From Narcine bancroftii (taxonomy: Eukaryota), in contig NC_091471.1 in the NCBI RefSeq assembly GCF_036971445.1, forward strand, positions 350,610,001 to 350,674,000: 64,000 bases of DNA, read 5' to 3'. Below the pieces are notes generated by a model that saw only the letters and a list, made by a program, of their open reading frames with translations, did no database searches and was not told the origin of the DNA. Made by a program: the position numbers and the translations under genes. Below are positions 62,992 to 64,000 of the stretch, piece after piece (the stretch's first letter is position 1; each line of letters starts with the position of its first letter).

Positions 62992-63951
62992 GTGAGTTGA
63001 GGATTTATATCATTACTGCATACTTATTAATCAAGGAACAGGGGCTCAGAGTGATGGATGATATCCTATTATCTCATGCTGTGGTCCTGGTTCAAAGCCA
63101 CCTGGATGAGAGTCTTCCCTGTTGGAAAGGAAGTTGTGATGTTAAAGGAATTTAGGTTCCATCTTTATTTCATCAATAACCTTTGAGCCAGAACTTGCCC
63201 TAATTTGATACTGTCTGGCAGTATCAAAGATGTTGGTGTGCAAAATAAGCACATGGCTGAAGATAGAATTGAAGAAGCTTTAATCTGACTAAAGCCTTTT
63301 TGTAAAATGCAACTTGGAAATATAGGAAGTTGAGATATCAAATGGAAAGATTTTCATTCTCCAGCATTAATGTCTAACATTCTAACATCCAGACAGAGTA
63401 TGATTTTTTTTTTTTCCTTTGCATATTCTAAATCAGGAACCTAGCAATTTTTGGAAAACTAAAACTAATGCATAAAAAAATTAAAAAGAGGAGGGAAAGA
63501 GAGAGAAATTGTTGTGCATACTCAACTGTTCAGGCAGCATCTCGTGGAAAGAAATAGTTCATGTCTCAGGTCAATTATCTATTATCAGAACTAGTGAAAG
63601 TTGGAATCATGTTTAGTGAACTAGCATGGACCAGATTCTTTGGGACATGGGAGGAGCCGCAGCTTCCAGGGAACCCCACAGAGAAAACATGTAATCTTCA
63701 CATAGGAGGTCAGGATCAGTGGAGATGCCATACAGAGGTTCTATCAACTGAGAGGAAGGCTCCCCATTCACTGCATTAAAAGAAATTGACCAGCTTGCAC
63801 GAGAAAGGAGAAACATGAGATGGCCACTGTGGCTCTTGAGCATGTTCTGGCACTCAATCAAGGCATGGGGATCTGCTAATGGGAGAGAGGTCAAGAGGGT
63901 TAGGACATGGGGCAAGAGTCCAGTGTTTAATGCTCTTTCTGTGTCATTCAG

Positions 63952-64000
63952 GTGGAAGATACATCGTGATGGGACTAATATATCACAGAAGATACCCACT
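63952..64000 (+). CDS. C17orf58: C17orf58 orthologue exon 5 (truncated by window end)
   Basis: TTCAG|GGRYIVMGLIYHRRYP..., matching the recalled human GSRYIVMGHIYHKR. Confidence 0.88.

Overview
Vertebrate genomic DNA. The repeat content (CR1, Rex1/Babar, L2, Penelope-like, Deu-domain and V-SINE-like elements) suggests a cartilaginous fish (ray, skate or shark); this is inference. Three protein-coding genes can be built from splice sites and translation: (1) the first coding exon and CpG-island promoter of SMURF2 (- strand, CDS 9572-9623; the rest lies left of the window); (2) a complete KPNA2 (importin alpha-1) gene (- strand, 10 coding exons, 36320-48655, 525 aa) with a CCAAT/CHR cell-cycle promoter; (3) the first five exons of a C17orf58 orthologue, a secreted NTR-domain protein (+ strand, 51528 to the window end). 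A tRNA-Arg(CCG) gene (49896-49968) with a nearby CTCF-like motif lies between the divergent KPNA2 and C17orf58 promoters. The rest is mostly transposon debris, including a degenerate Gypsy LTR element with a nested L1, a MITE, two tandem-repeat arrays and an assembly gap. The most unusual items are: a TSD-flanked, ORF1-only ('half-L1'-like) element whose ORF2 deletion junction is bracketed by a perfect 13-bp inverted repeat; a ~620-bp fold-back element in a KPNA2 intron; and a perfect 48-copy 17-bp G-rich, CpG-rich minisatellite. I found no CRISPR array, prokaryotic system or unexplained long ORF. Repeat family names come from recalled motifs, not a database search.
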